A DNA stretch of 64,000 bases. Source: Chloroflexota bacterium (lineage in GTDB: Bacteria > Chloroflexota > Dehalococcoidia > Lucifugimonadales > Lucifugimonadaceae). The stretch is from assembly GCA_002719295.1 (NCBI GenBank), contig PBHC01000012.1:84676-148675 (forward strand). The letters are read 5' to 3'. A program made the position numbers and the translations under genes. The notes under the pieces are model-generated. The model ran no database searches, had not been told where the DNA came from, and saw only the letters and a program-made list of their open reading frames with translations. Shown in pieces: positions 28,363-37,491 of the stretch; the first letter of the stretch is position 1; each line of letters begins with the position of its first letter.

Positions 28363-29732
28363 TATCCACTCGATACTAAACAGTTATTTATTCTTATATG
28401 AGGCGATCCATTTGATACAGGCAATGGGCTTTGTCCGCCTTTTCCACAGCCTCCACCTTGATTTATTTCTAAATCATTTGCGATTCCATTAATATTTTTA
28501 AGTGTAGTAAATAAATTGCCAGATAGCTTAACTGGTCTCAATGTCTCTTTTATTTCTCCATTTTCAATTTTATATGTTTCAGCAGATGAAAAAGTGAACA
28601 TTTCATGTTCTGTCATCCCTCCATACCAATTTTTGACATATAAACCATCTTTTGTATCTTTAATGATTTCATCCTTTGTATTCGTGCTGTTTTCTATTAT
28701 CGTGTTTGTCATTCTTACAATAGGGGGATAAGCATATGATATGGCTCTTGCATTTCCTGTTGGTTTTTCGTCTAGTTTGCTTGCAGTTTCTTTAGAATGC
28801 AATCTTCCCACAAGAACCCCTTCTCTTATTAATGGTGTACTAGTTGAGGGAGTTCCTTCATCATCATACTCATATGAACCTCTTAGGTTTGGAATTTTTG
28901 CACCATCTGTAATATTAAGATCTGGATTACCAAATTTTTCTCCCAGTTTTAATATCTCTTGCAATCTTTTATTTTCATACACATTATCTGCTTCTGAAAG
29001 ATGCCCAAATGCTTCATGAACAAAAACGCCTGCTAGTATTTGATCTAATACAACTGTAGTTTCTTGGCCTGTTATTTTTGGAGCTTTAATTAAGTCTATT
29101 GATTTTTTACTGCATTCTAAAACTTTATTATCAAGGTTTTCTACAATAGAGTAATCACCTAAAGAGCCTATTGAAAATCCAGATTGAAGCATGTCATTAC
29201 CATCTGAGCTATTAGCAGCAATTCTAAGTATTACATGAATAAAATTTTGCTCTATTTCGTTGCCATCACTATCCGCAAAAATCACTTTTCTTTCAGTATC
29301 ACCATAAACAATTTCACATCCATGAATTCTTTTATCACTTAAAACTAATTCTTTGTAATGGTCTAAAAGAGTAATTTTTTCTGATAAAGAAATTTTTCTT
29401 GGATCTTTTTTTACTTCTGCTGGTAATACCACTTTTATTGGGGTGTTTTTTTGAATTTTAAAGGCTGTATTTTGGCTGTAGTTTGCTAATTCTATAGATT
29501 CCTTCATTTTTGTTGGGGCCAGATCTATTTCATTGAAACTAGTAAAGCCCCAACCGCCATTACTCATTGATCGTGCAGATCCTCCAAAATGTGAGTTTAT
29601 AGATACGTTTTCTCTAGTTTTTCCATTGTAATTAATTCTTGTAGAAACAGTTTCTTCTACTCTAATCTCTTTATATTCTGCATTTTTGCAGTTTAAAGAA
29701 TCTTGCATTATAGTTTTATAATTTTTTTCCAC
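28362..29732 (-). CDS. tldD: TldD metalloprotease
   Basis: 456 aa with HEAFGH zinc motif (GVFVHEAFGHLSEAD) and a C-terminal GGGCGKGGQ segment typical of TldD. Confidence 0.9.
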   Translation of the reverse strand: MEKNYKTIMQDSLNCKNAEYKEIRVEETVSTRINYNGKTRENVSINSHFGGSARSMSNGGWGFTSFNEIDLAPTKMKESIELANYSQNTAFKIQKNTPIKVVLPAEVKKDPRKISLSEKITLLDHYKELVLSDKRIHGCEIVYGDTERKVIFADSDGNEIEQNFIHVILRIAANSSDGNDMLQSGFSIGSLGDYSIVENLDNKVLECSKKSIDLIKAPKITGQETTVVLDQILAGVFVHEAFGHLSEADNVYENKRLQEILKLGEKFGNPDLNITDGAKIPNLRGSYEYDDEGTPSTSTPLIREGVLVGRLHSKETASKLDEKPTGNARAISYAYPPIVRMTNTIIENSTNTKDEIIKDTKDGLYVKNWYGGMTEHEMFTFSSAETYKIENGEIKETLRPVKLSGNLFTTLKNINGIANDLEINQGGGCGKGGQSPLPVSNGSPHIRINNCLVSSG

Positions 29733-29736
29733 TAAT

Positions 29737-30642
29737 TTATCCTAATTTTGAACTATCTGTTAATTTATTTTCTTCAAACCATTCATATGCATCAATTTTT
29801 TTACCATTATGATCTTTGATTCGACCTATAATTAATTTTTTATTTCCTAGCCCTACGCTTACTGTTTTATTTTTTATAATTAACTTTTTATTTATATCTA
29901 TTTCGTCACTATTCATAAACTTACAATTGTATAGAAATACAGTTTTTGAATCTATTTTAGTCCAAGCTCCAGGTTGGGGGTCGCAACCTCTAATTAAATT
30001 ATAGATATCATTAGGATCTTTATCCCAATTAATTTCTTTTTTTGAACACCAAGATTCATATGATGCTTTTTTTTCATCTTGTTTGATTTTTGGCGCCTTA
30101 TCAGAAATCACAAGTTTTACTGATTCTACCAATGAGCTGACTCCTAAGGGAAATAACTTATTAAAATACAAGCTCCCAGTTGTATCATCAGTTGATATAT
30201 CTAACTCTTTTTGCATCAAAATAGGTCCGGTATCTAATCCTTCGTCAGGCCAAAATATAGTTATCCCTGTTTTTTTATCGCCATTAATAACAGCCCAATT
30301 TATTGAAGAAGGGCCTCTATGTTTTGGTAATAGCGAAGGATGGTATTGAATGGTTCCTTTTTTTGGGTTATTAATTATTTCCATTGGTACAATATCAGTT
30401 ACATATGCCATAACAAGAAGATCAACATTAAGTTTTTTAAATTCTTTAATAGCATTTTTAGATCTAAGTTTTTCATACCTTAAAATATTCATATTTTGTG
30501 TAATTCCATATTGATAAAGAGGATCATTATCTTGGTTTTGTGGGGTAAAAATCCCTACTATATTACAACCTTCAATTTTTGATACTTCTGAAGTAACCTT
30601 TTCTCCAAATGCAGATTGACCAATTATAGCTATATTAGTCAT
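29737..30642 (-). CDS. Formyltransferase-family protein resembling the N-terminal hydrolase domain of 10-formyl-THF dehydrogenase
   Basis: IIGQSAFGE, YHPSLLPKHRGPSSINWAVINGDKKTGITIFWPDEGLDTGPILMQKE and INWDKDPNDIYNLIRGCDPQPGAWT parallel ALDH1L1 residues ~1-300 as I recall them. The canonical Fmt GTPxFA N-terminus is absent. Confidence 0.75.
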   Translation of the reverse strand: MTNIAIIGQSAFGEKVTSEVSKIEGCNIVGIFTPQNQDNDPLYQYGITQNMNILRYEKLRSKNAIKEFKKLNVDLLVMAYVTDIVPMEIINNPKKGTIQYHPSLLPKHRGPSSINWAVINGDKKTGITIFWPDEGLDTGPILMQKELDISTDDTTGSLYFNKLFPLGVSSLVESVKLVISDKAPKIKQDEKKASYESWCSKKEINWDKDPNDIYNLIRGCDPQPGAWTKIDSKTVFLYNCKFMNSDEIDINKKLIIKNKTVSVGLGNKKLIIGRIKDHNGKKIDAYEWFEENKLTDSSKLG

Positions 30643-31231
30643 TAAAAAAATCCATTCTATAATAATTCCTTATATTTTCAAAAGACTGAACGATTTCGAA
30701 TTGATTGAATTCATCTTTATTTTTTTTAGCATCATTTAAATGTTCTAATAAAAAATATGCCTCAGCTTCACTTAATTTTTTATACTCTTCATGTCTTTTT
30801 AATGTTTCAAATGATATCCCTAAGTCATAAAGATTTTTGTAGGATTTTATGATTTTTACTATTCCGTTTGGATGTAACTTTTCTCCTTCTACATCTTTTG
30901 GTGGTTTAATTAATTTGTTTTCTAATAAATCTTCATAAAATAATTTAGTTACATTTGATAGCCTTATAATTTCATCAATTGAATAGTTCTCCTTAATTTG
31001 TGAAGAAATAGTATTTATTTTTTTCTTAATTAATTTTAATGGGAAACCATCATTCTGTAATTTTTTTATTTCATTTATTTTTTCTAGATGAAAATTTGAA
31101 AAAGTAGATCGAGTTTTAGAAATTTTTTTAGGGGGCTCTAAAATATTTAATCTTACATAATAATTTATAGCTGAAGTACTGACTCCAGTTATTTTTGAGA
31201 CCTCACTTATTGAATAGTCATTTTCATTCAT
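30635..31231 (-). CDS. MerR-family transcriptional regulator with an apparent second, duplicated HTH-like segment
   Basis: Compare YSISEVSKITGVSTSAINYYVRLNILEPPKK (aa 6-36) with YSIDEIIRLSNVTKLFYEDLLENKLIKPPKD (aa 83-113). Confidence 0.75.
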   Translation of the reverse strand: MNENDYSISEVSKITGVSTSAINYYVRLNILEPPKKISKTRSTFSNFHLEKINEIKKLQNDGFPLKLIKKKINTISSQIKENYSIDEIIRLSNVTKLFYEDLLENKLIKPPKDVEGEKLHPNGIVKIIKSYKNLYDLGISFETLKRHEEYKKLSEAEAYFLLEHLNDAKKNKDEFNQFEIVQSFENIRNYYRMDFFND

Positions 31232-31249
31232 AAAATAAATTCTACATTA

Positions 31250-33919
31250 TTATTTTTTAGTTACTATAACTAATAAACTAGGAAGTACAAATACTGTAGA
31301 TATAAGTGCAAGAAAAATCATAATTGCTGTTATTTGCCCAAAGCTTGCAAACATAGGCATTGGAGCAAATCCCATGATTGCAAAACCAATAATGCTAGAT
31401 ATTGCAGAGCCTAATAATGCAATTCCTGTTCCATTTAGAGTTTTTTGGAGAGCTATATCATAAGAACTTTTTCTTAATTCTTCTCTAAACCTTTGAGTTA
31501 TGTGGATTGAGAAATCTATTCCTACTCCTATTGATATTGCTCCTATTGTAGCTGTAACTAAATTTAAAGAGTAACCACCAATGTACATAATTCCATATAA
31601 CCAACTTACAACTAAACCAATAGGAATTACTGTTACTAAAGCATATCTTATTGATCTAAATGTTATTAGTAGTACTATAAATGAAGCAAATGCTGCAATT
31701 GGTATAGATCTATATAAAGATTTTGTTGCTGAGGATAATTCTATATCTCTAACAAAAGGAGAACCCGTTATTCCATATTCAGTAATGTATGGCTTATTTT
31801 TTAGAAATTCTAGTTCATTTTCTAAATCATTTCTTGCAAGAGTTGTAATATTTTGATTAGCTGAATCTGGAATTCCTACTCTAAAAACTGTAGAAAATTC
31901 ATTTTCATCTTTGATAAGTGTAAATTTAATTCTATTTGGTGAATAAAATTCTTCATTGTTTTCATTTATCAGTCCTTCGTTTATTAAATTTTCAAAGGTT
32001 TTTCGATTTTCTTCTTTATCATTCCCAGAAAGGTTTTTCTGTTCTATTAAGGAAATCAAATTTGGTTCAATTAATAATAATTCCCCCATTTTGTCATGAG
32101 CTAAGAGCTCCATACTATCTAAATTTTCAAGTAACTGTTTCAAATCTTTAATAGCACTTGGGTTTGCTAAGTCCCCTTTGATATATATCACCCCAATTTC
32201 ACCTGTGGTGTCTCCAAAGTGATAATCTAGCTTATCTAATCCGATCACAAACTCTGATTCTTCATTGAAAAAATCTGCGACTTCAAATCTTGCTTCAAGT
32301 TTAAACGCTAAAAAAGTAGAATAGACTGTTATTAATGAAAATATAAGAATTGTTAGATATGGTTTTTTTGCAAAAAATATAATGATTTTGCTAAACATTT
32401 CTTCAAATTTAACAAAAACATTTTTATTATTTATTTTTTCTTCTATTTCAATATTTTTTTTAGATCTGCTTGCTAAATATACAGGTAATAATAAAAACAT
32501 AAGTATGTTAGTTAGAATCATAATTATCCCAATTAATGGAGACACAAGTAAGAAAACAATAACAGATCCTCCTGAAAGACCTGCGGATCCTATTGCTTCT
32601 ATTGTCCAAAACAATTTATTTTTATTTTTCTTATTGTCAATTGAATCTATTTTCGAAAGAATGAAAGGTGCATATATTCCTAATACAATGTAAGATGCAA
32701 ACGCTGCTACTCCTGCAGCAAGACCAAAATGCACAACAGATTCTATACCTGCAGTTATGTTAGATAAAAAAGCAATAGCATCACTTATAAAAGCTAATGT
32801 TAATGCTGACCCTACTCCTCCAAATGCAATAATAAACTTTTTATCAAAAGTTATATTATTACTTTTTTCTTCTTGGTATCTTCTAATGGAATGAACTGCA
32901 AAGTCTACTCCAAATGAAACCATAGCAATTGGCACAATTAAGTCAGAAATCAACCCTCCTTTAAGACCTAATAAAAATGAGATCCCTTTTAACCAAATCA
33001 TTAGCGTTGAGAGCCCTATCCCTACTAGAACAACTGCCCAATAAGACCTTAGAGAAAGGCCGACTACTGCAATAGCTGCTATAACAGTTAGCGTTATGAA
33101 TAAAGCTGAGGAGGTTCCTTGTCTTTCTCCTTCAGTATTTACATCAATTGCAATTCCCCATATTTTTAATGTATGCATTTCTTGCTTTAGAACTTCTAAA
33201 ATATTAATATTGAATTCTTCTTTATCAAGAGTATTTTTATCTCCTCCAAGTGCAACTCTTTGAGAACCTCCTCCAAGAGATTCGTTATTTCCTAATACAA
33301 CTATTAACATTGCAGGTGAAGTCCACCAATCAATTTCATTCCCATCTATATTTTTCTTTTCTATGTTTGAATGAATGCTTATGTTTCTCTTAATATCTTT
33401 TACTTGATCTCCTTTTAGAACTGTTGATATGACTTCCTTCACTTCTTCATTGGTAGCATTTTGAAGCGTTTTATTGTATCTAGGGTTTGCTAGTAATACA
33501 TTGTTTACAACATCTGCTAAAGTAAGAATTCCATTAACTTCTATTGATGTTTCTGAATCCACATAGCTAAATAGATGATTTTGCTTCTCAATCGTACTTG
33601 GAGATAGTTCCTTTTTAGAATCAATTAACCTTAATTTTTCAGAGGCTTTAAATATTTCAAGTAAGTATTTTTTAGAAAGAATATCTTCGCCTTTTGGGAC
33701 TTCAAGAAGATATAGTGCAAAATGCACTTCATCTGAAAACTTTTTTGATATTTCTATATCAAGATCTATGACGGGATCTTTTGGAGAAGTAGATGCATCT
33801 CCTCGATAAGGAATGAATGAGTATGAAAGTGCCAAGCCTACAGTAATAAAGATAAATAGTAGAAACAGCTTTCGGGGGTTATCAACAAAAAACTTAGAAA
33901 TTTTTTCATAAATATTCAT
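31250..33919 (-). CDS. MMPL/RND-superfamily exporter (HpnN/HAE3-like architecture)
   Basis: 889 aa. Two 6-TM bundles, each preceded by a large extracytoplasmic loop, with sterol-sensing-like TM regions (GVDFAVHSIRRY, GIDFSIHITQRF). Confidence 0.85.
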   Translation of the reverse strand: MNIYEKISKFFVDNPRKLFLLFIFITVGLALSYSFIPYRGDASTSPKDPVIDLDIEISKKFSDEVHFALYLLEVPKGEDILSKKYLLEIFKASEKLRLIDSKKELSPSTIEKQNHLFSYVDSETSIEVNGILTLADVVNNVLLANPRYNKTLQNATNEEVKEVISTVLKGDQVKDIKRNISIHSNIEKKNIDGNEIDWWTSPAMLIVVLGNNESLGGGSQRVALGGDKNTLDKEEFNINILEVLKQEMHTLKIWGIAIDVNTEGERQGTSSALFITLTVIAAIAVVGLSLRSYWAVVLVGIGLSTLMIWLKGISFLLGLKGGLISDLIVPIAMVSFGVDFAVHSIRRYQEEKSNNITFDKKFIIAFGGVGSALTLAFISDAIAFLSNITAGIESVVHFGLAAGVAAFASYIVLGIYAPFILSKIDSIDNKKNKNKLFWTIEAIGSAGLSGGSVIVFLLVSPLIGIIMILTNILMFLLLPVYLASRSKKNIEIEEKINNKNVFVKFEEMFSKIIIFFAKKPYLTILIFSLITVYSTFLAFKLEARFEVADFFNEESEFVIGLDKLDYHFGDTTGEIGVIYIKGDLANPSAIKDLKQLLENLDSMELLAHDKMGELLLIEPNLISLIEQKNLSGNDKEENRKTFENLINEGLINENNEEFYSPNRIKFTLIKDENEFSTVFRVGIPDSANQNITTLARNDLENELEFLKNKPYITEYGITGSPFVRDIELSSATKSLYRSIPIAAFASFIVLLITFRSIRYALVTVIPIGLVVSWLYGIMYIGGYSLNLVTATIGAISIGVGIDFSIHITQRFREELRKSSYDIALQKTLNGTGIALLGSAISSIIGFAIMGFAPMPMFASFGQITAIMIFLALISTVFVLPSLLVIVTKK

Positions 33920-33927
33920 TTTTTAAT

Positions 33928-33941
33928 ATTATTATAATAAT
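33928..33941. promoter_or_regulatory. 14-bp perfect AT palindrome ATTATTATAATAAT in the 48-bp divergent intergenic region
   Basis: Read directly. Lies between the MMPL-operon start (33919) and the MFS start (33968). Low-complexity AT sequence, so chance is plausible. Confidence 0.2.
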
Positions 33942-33967
33942 AAGATTTTTATGCATCTAAACAAATA

Positions 33968-35236
33968 ATGTTAAATATATTTTCAATTCGATCAAAAAAA
34001 ATTTATTATGGGTGGTTAATTGTTGGTGTTCTATTTCTTTTCAACGTAATTGGGATTGGAACTAGACAAGGATTTGGAATTTTTGTTGATATATGGGGAT
34101 CAGAATGGGAAGTGAATGTATCATCTATTAGTTTGGCTGCAAGCATAGGTTGGCTAGTTAATGGATTGGCAAATCCTATAATCGGCCAATTATCTGATAA
34201 ATATGGCCCTAAGATTGTGATGGTTTTCTGCTCTATAATTGTTTCTATTAGCTCAATATTAGTTGCTACTTCTTATAATGTTTTCACACTCTCTTTTTAT
34301 TATGGGTTTTTGATTTCATTTGCCACTGGAACAGGAGGTCCTTTGGGCATTATTCTTTCAAAATGGTTTGCGAAAAGGAGAGGAGTAGCAATGGGTGCTG
34401 TTATGGCTGGAGGTTCAATAGGGAGTCTGTTTTTTATCCCATTATTGACTTTTATTGCTATAAATTATAGCTGGCAATTAGCATGGATTGTAGTTGGTTT
34501 ATTTGGACTTATTCTTGTTGTTCCAACATCTATAATTGTTTTGAAAAATGAACCTAGAGATATTAATTTGACTATTGAAGATTCTGATCAAGATGGCAAC
34601 CACTCTTCTAAAGAATCAGGCCCCTTGTGGGTAGATAAATGGACAACTGCTTATAACTCAAAGCCAATGTGGCAACTATCAATAGGATATTTTGTTTGCG
34701 GAATTACTACTGCTTCTATTTCTGTGCATTTTATAAAATGGGCTATTTCAGAAAACATTTCAACTTCTGAAGCAGCATTATCTTTTGGAGTTTTGAGCGC
34801 AGTGAATGGGGTCTCAGTTTTTTGTTCAGGTTATTTCTCAGACATTTTTCAAAGAAGGATAATTTTGGGTCTTGTTTATGCTACTAGAGGGATAGCATTT
34901 CTTGCATTATTGCTTTTAACTGGTCAATTAGCATTATGGGCATTCGCAATAGTTGGAGGTATGTCTTGGTTGGCAACTGTACCACTTACAACTGCTTTGA
35001 CATCAGAAATTTACGGTCAAAAAAGACTTGGATCTTTAGTTGGTCTGATAAATATGTCTCATCAACTAGGAGGAGCTGGAGCTGTACTATTATTTGGAAT
35101 GGTATACGATATTTTTGGAAATTATGACTTTGGATTATGGGTTGGAGTTGTATCTCTTCTAATTGCTTCAATTGCTTCTTTCTCGATAAGTGAAAAAAGA
35201 TTTTCATCCAGATTTCATAAAAGACTTGCAAATTAA
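33968..35236 (+). CDS. MFS transporter (OFA-like)
   Basis: 422 aa, 12 predicted TM helices, YYGWLIVGV N-terminal signature shared with the two other MFS paralogs in this window. Confidence 0.85.
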   Translation: MLNIFSIRSKKIYYGWLIVGVLFLFNVIGIGTRQGFGIFVDIWGSEWEVNVSSISLAASIGWLVNGLANPIIGQLSDKYGPKIVMVFCSIIVSISSILVATSYNVFTLSFYYGFLISFATGTGGPLGIILSKWFAKRRGVAMGAVMAGGSIGSLFFIPLLTFIAINYSWQLAWIVVGLFGLILVVPTSIIVLKNEPRDINLTIEDSDQDGNHSSKESGPLWVDKWTTAYNSKPMWQLSIGYFVCGITTASISVHFIKWAISENISTSEAALSFGVLSAVNGVSVFCSGYFSDIFQRRIILGLVYATRGIAFLALLLLTGQLALWAFAIVGGMSWLATVPLTTALTSEIYGQKRLGSLVGLINMSHQLGGAGAVLLFGMVYDIFGNYDFGLWVGVVSLLIASIASFSISEKRFSSRFHKRLAN

Positions 35237-35431
35237 ATGTTTCTTAAACCATTAAAGCAATCCGAAGGATTAAATCATCATGGGGATTCAATAAATCCTG
35301 ATTTTGCAAAATGGATAACAGATTTTATATCTGGATTTTCTGAAAATTTATTAATTGCAATTTTTATAATTGGATTAGTTTTATTTTTTACTTTATATGC
35401 ATTTATTTTGTTTTTTTCTCGTAAAAAGTAA
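35237..35431 (+). CDS. Small C-terminally anchored membrane protein (64 aa)
   Basis: Its ATG directly follows the MFS stop (TAAATG). Polar N-terminal half, then one TM helix (LLIAIFIIGLVLFFTLYAFILFF). Confidence 0.4.
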   Translation: MFLKPLKQSEGLNHHGDSINPDFAKWITDFISGFSENLLIAIFIIGLVLFFTLYAFILFFSRKK

Positions 35432-35475
35432 AATATCTTAAGTATTTAATAACTAAAAAACTTAAAGGAGAAAAT

Positions 35476-36528
35476 GTGACTAGTCAAAATGAAATCACTG
35501 CAGCTTTGGATGATGGAACTGGTGATTATATTGTTCAACAAATTCCTTTCCCAAATATTTTTAATGGAGCTGCAATCGTTAATATAAAATCTTCAGGAAT
35601 TTGTGGATCTGATTTACATATGACTAATGAGAGATCGGAGCCTCAAGTAGTTCCAAGTGGTCATGAAATTGCTGGAGTGATAGAAGAGTTGCCAAAAACA
35701 TATTCTGGAAATTTAAGAATAGGGGATAGAGTTGCAATAGATAATATAGGTGCAGGAAAATCTTGTAATAATTGTTATTTTTGTAAGTATGGTCAATTTA
35801 GGCATTGTACGAATCCCGCTGAAGAAACTGGTGGCGGATTTTCTCAATACATTACACGTAGGCCCAATGGATTATTTAAAATTTCTGATTCAATGGATTG
35901 GAAAGACGGTGCATTAGTTGAACCAATGGCTGTCTCAGTACATGGATTTAGATTTGCGCAGTTTTTACCCGGAGAAAGTGTAGCAATTGTAGGGTCTTCT
36001 ACAATTGGTCTATCTGCAATTTCAGTAGCAAAATACTTTGGAGCTAAGACTGTTATTGCTTCAGCAAAATATCCACATCAAGCAGAAGCTGCAAAAAATA
36101 TGGGAGCTGATATTGTTGTAGGAGCAGAACCTGGAGAGCTTGAAGAAAAATGTTTTGAAATATCTAATGGAATTGGAGTAGATGTTGTTGTAGAAACAAT
36201 TGGAGGTACATCAGCAGGACCGTTAGTCCAGGCTGCAAAATGTGTTAAAAATACAGGTAAAGTGATAGTATTAGGCGGGTTTAGAAATCCTGTAGAAATA
36301 GACTTTTTGCAACCGATGATCAAAGAGATAAGTTTTATTCCAGCCACTTGTTATGCAAATATAAACGGGAAACATGATTTTGAAATTGCTGTAGATATTT
36401 TATCCTCAGGAAAGCATCCATATAAAAAAATAGTTACTCATGAGTATTCTTTAGAAAAAATCCAAGAGGGATTTAAGGTTGCTTATGACAAAAATTCAGG
36501 ATCAATTAAAGTTCATATAATCCAATAA
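35476..36528 (+). CDS. Zn-dependent alcohol/threonine dehydrogenase-family oxidoreductase
   Basis: GICGSDLH, GHEIAGVIE, structural-Zn Cys cluster CNNCYFCKYGQFRHC and a GSSTIG Rossmann motif. GTG start after AAAGGAG. Confidence 0.85.
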   Translation: MTSQNEITAALDDGTGDYIVQQIPFPNIFNGAAIVNIKSSGICGSDLHMTNERSEPQVVPSGHEIAGVIEELPKTYSGNLRIGDRVAIDNIGAGKSCNNCYFCKYGQFRHCTNPAEETGGGFSQYITRRPNGLFKISDSMDWKDGALVEPMAVSVHGFRFAQFLPGESVAIVGSSTIGLSAISVAKYFGAKTVIASAKYPHQAEAAKNMGADIVVGAEPGELEEKCFEISNGIGVDVVVETIGGTSAGPLVQAAKCVKNTGKVIVLGGFRNPVEIDFLQPMIKEISFIPATCYANINGKHDFEIAVDILSSGKHPYKKIVTHEYSLEKIQEGFKVAYDKNSGSIKVHIIQ

Positions 36529-36531
36529 ATT

Positions 36532-37209
36532 TTATCTTTTAGAGACTATATTTATAAGCCTTCTAAGTGTAACGCTCCATATGATTACTGAACTAATTGC
36601 TATTGATAAAGGTTCACCAGGGACCCCTCTTCTCCAATCATCGATATCTTTTACTGAATCAAAAAGGATAAATTTATACAGTTCATCGATTGTTCCTACT
36701 AATGCTGTAATAGAAATTAGACCAAAAAAAACAGTTCCTGCAAAAACTAAAATTTTGAACATAATATCATTTGTGTTACTTTGATTATTTGAAAGATCAT
36801 TCCTTTTTTGAAGAAATACATGGACTAAATATATAATCCCACTAATTATTGCAGTTGTAATACCAGTAAAAAGACTTGCCTCTACACTTCCATCATACAT
36901 AAGGTTAGTTTTTGGTATTTGTGATCCATTAATATTTTCTGTTACATTAATCATTTCATAGCTAAAGCTAGATCCAAATAATGAAGCAAATAAGCCTTGT
37001 AATATTCTAGAAATTCCTGCTAGACAAAAAACCCCACCAGAAATAAGCCTTACAAAATAGAAGTAACCATTCAATGATAAATCGAAACTAATTTTTACAC
37101 CTGAGTTTTTTAATGAATACCCAATAAGAAAAATAACTCCAGATATAATAAGAACTGCAAATAAAATTCCAATTGCTACACCTATAAAATCAAACATACT
37201 CAATCTCAA
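36532..37209 (-). CDS. Hypothetical polytopic membrane protein
   Basis: 225 aa with 5-6 hydrophobic segments. I recognise no family motif. Confidence 0.5.
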   Translation of the reverse strand: MRLSMFDFIGVAIGILFAVLIISGVIFLIGYSLKNSGVKISFDLSLNGYFYFVRLISGGVFCLAGISRILQGLFASLFGSSFSYEMINVTENINGSQIPKTNLMYDGSVEASLFTGITTAIISGIIYLVHVFLQKRNDLSNNQSNTNDIMFKILVFAGTVFFGLISITALVGTIDELYKFILFDSVKDIDDWRRGVPGEPLSIAISSVIIWSVTLRRLINIVSKR

Positions 37210-37294
37210 GCTACTTTATGTTATGAATATTATACTATTACGTAATAATTTATAATTGAGATATAAAGATTTTTATTATAGTTTATGATGGCTT

Positions 37295-37486
37295 ATGAAA
37301 AAAAACATTAAAGTTATTGATGATAAGAATAAAATAAATGATCCTTGGGAAGATTATATTAATCAAGGTTATGACAATCTGAGTAAATTTCAAAAAATAC
37401 TTAGATTTAGTGTAATTTTTTCTATTATATTGATTTTATTTATAATTATAATTGGATATCTTTTAGTAAAAACTGGTCAGTGGTAA
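37295..37486 (+). CDS. Small C-terminally anchored membrane protein (63 aa)
   Basis: Polar N-terminal half and a single C-terminal TM (FSVIFSIILILFIIIIGYLLV). Ends 5 nt before the CaCA gene. Confidence 0.4.
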   Translation: MKKNIKVIDDKNKINDPWEDYINQGYDNLSKFQKILRFSVIFSIILILFIIIIGYLLVKTGQW

Positions 37487-37491
37487 ATTGA

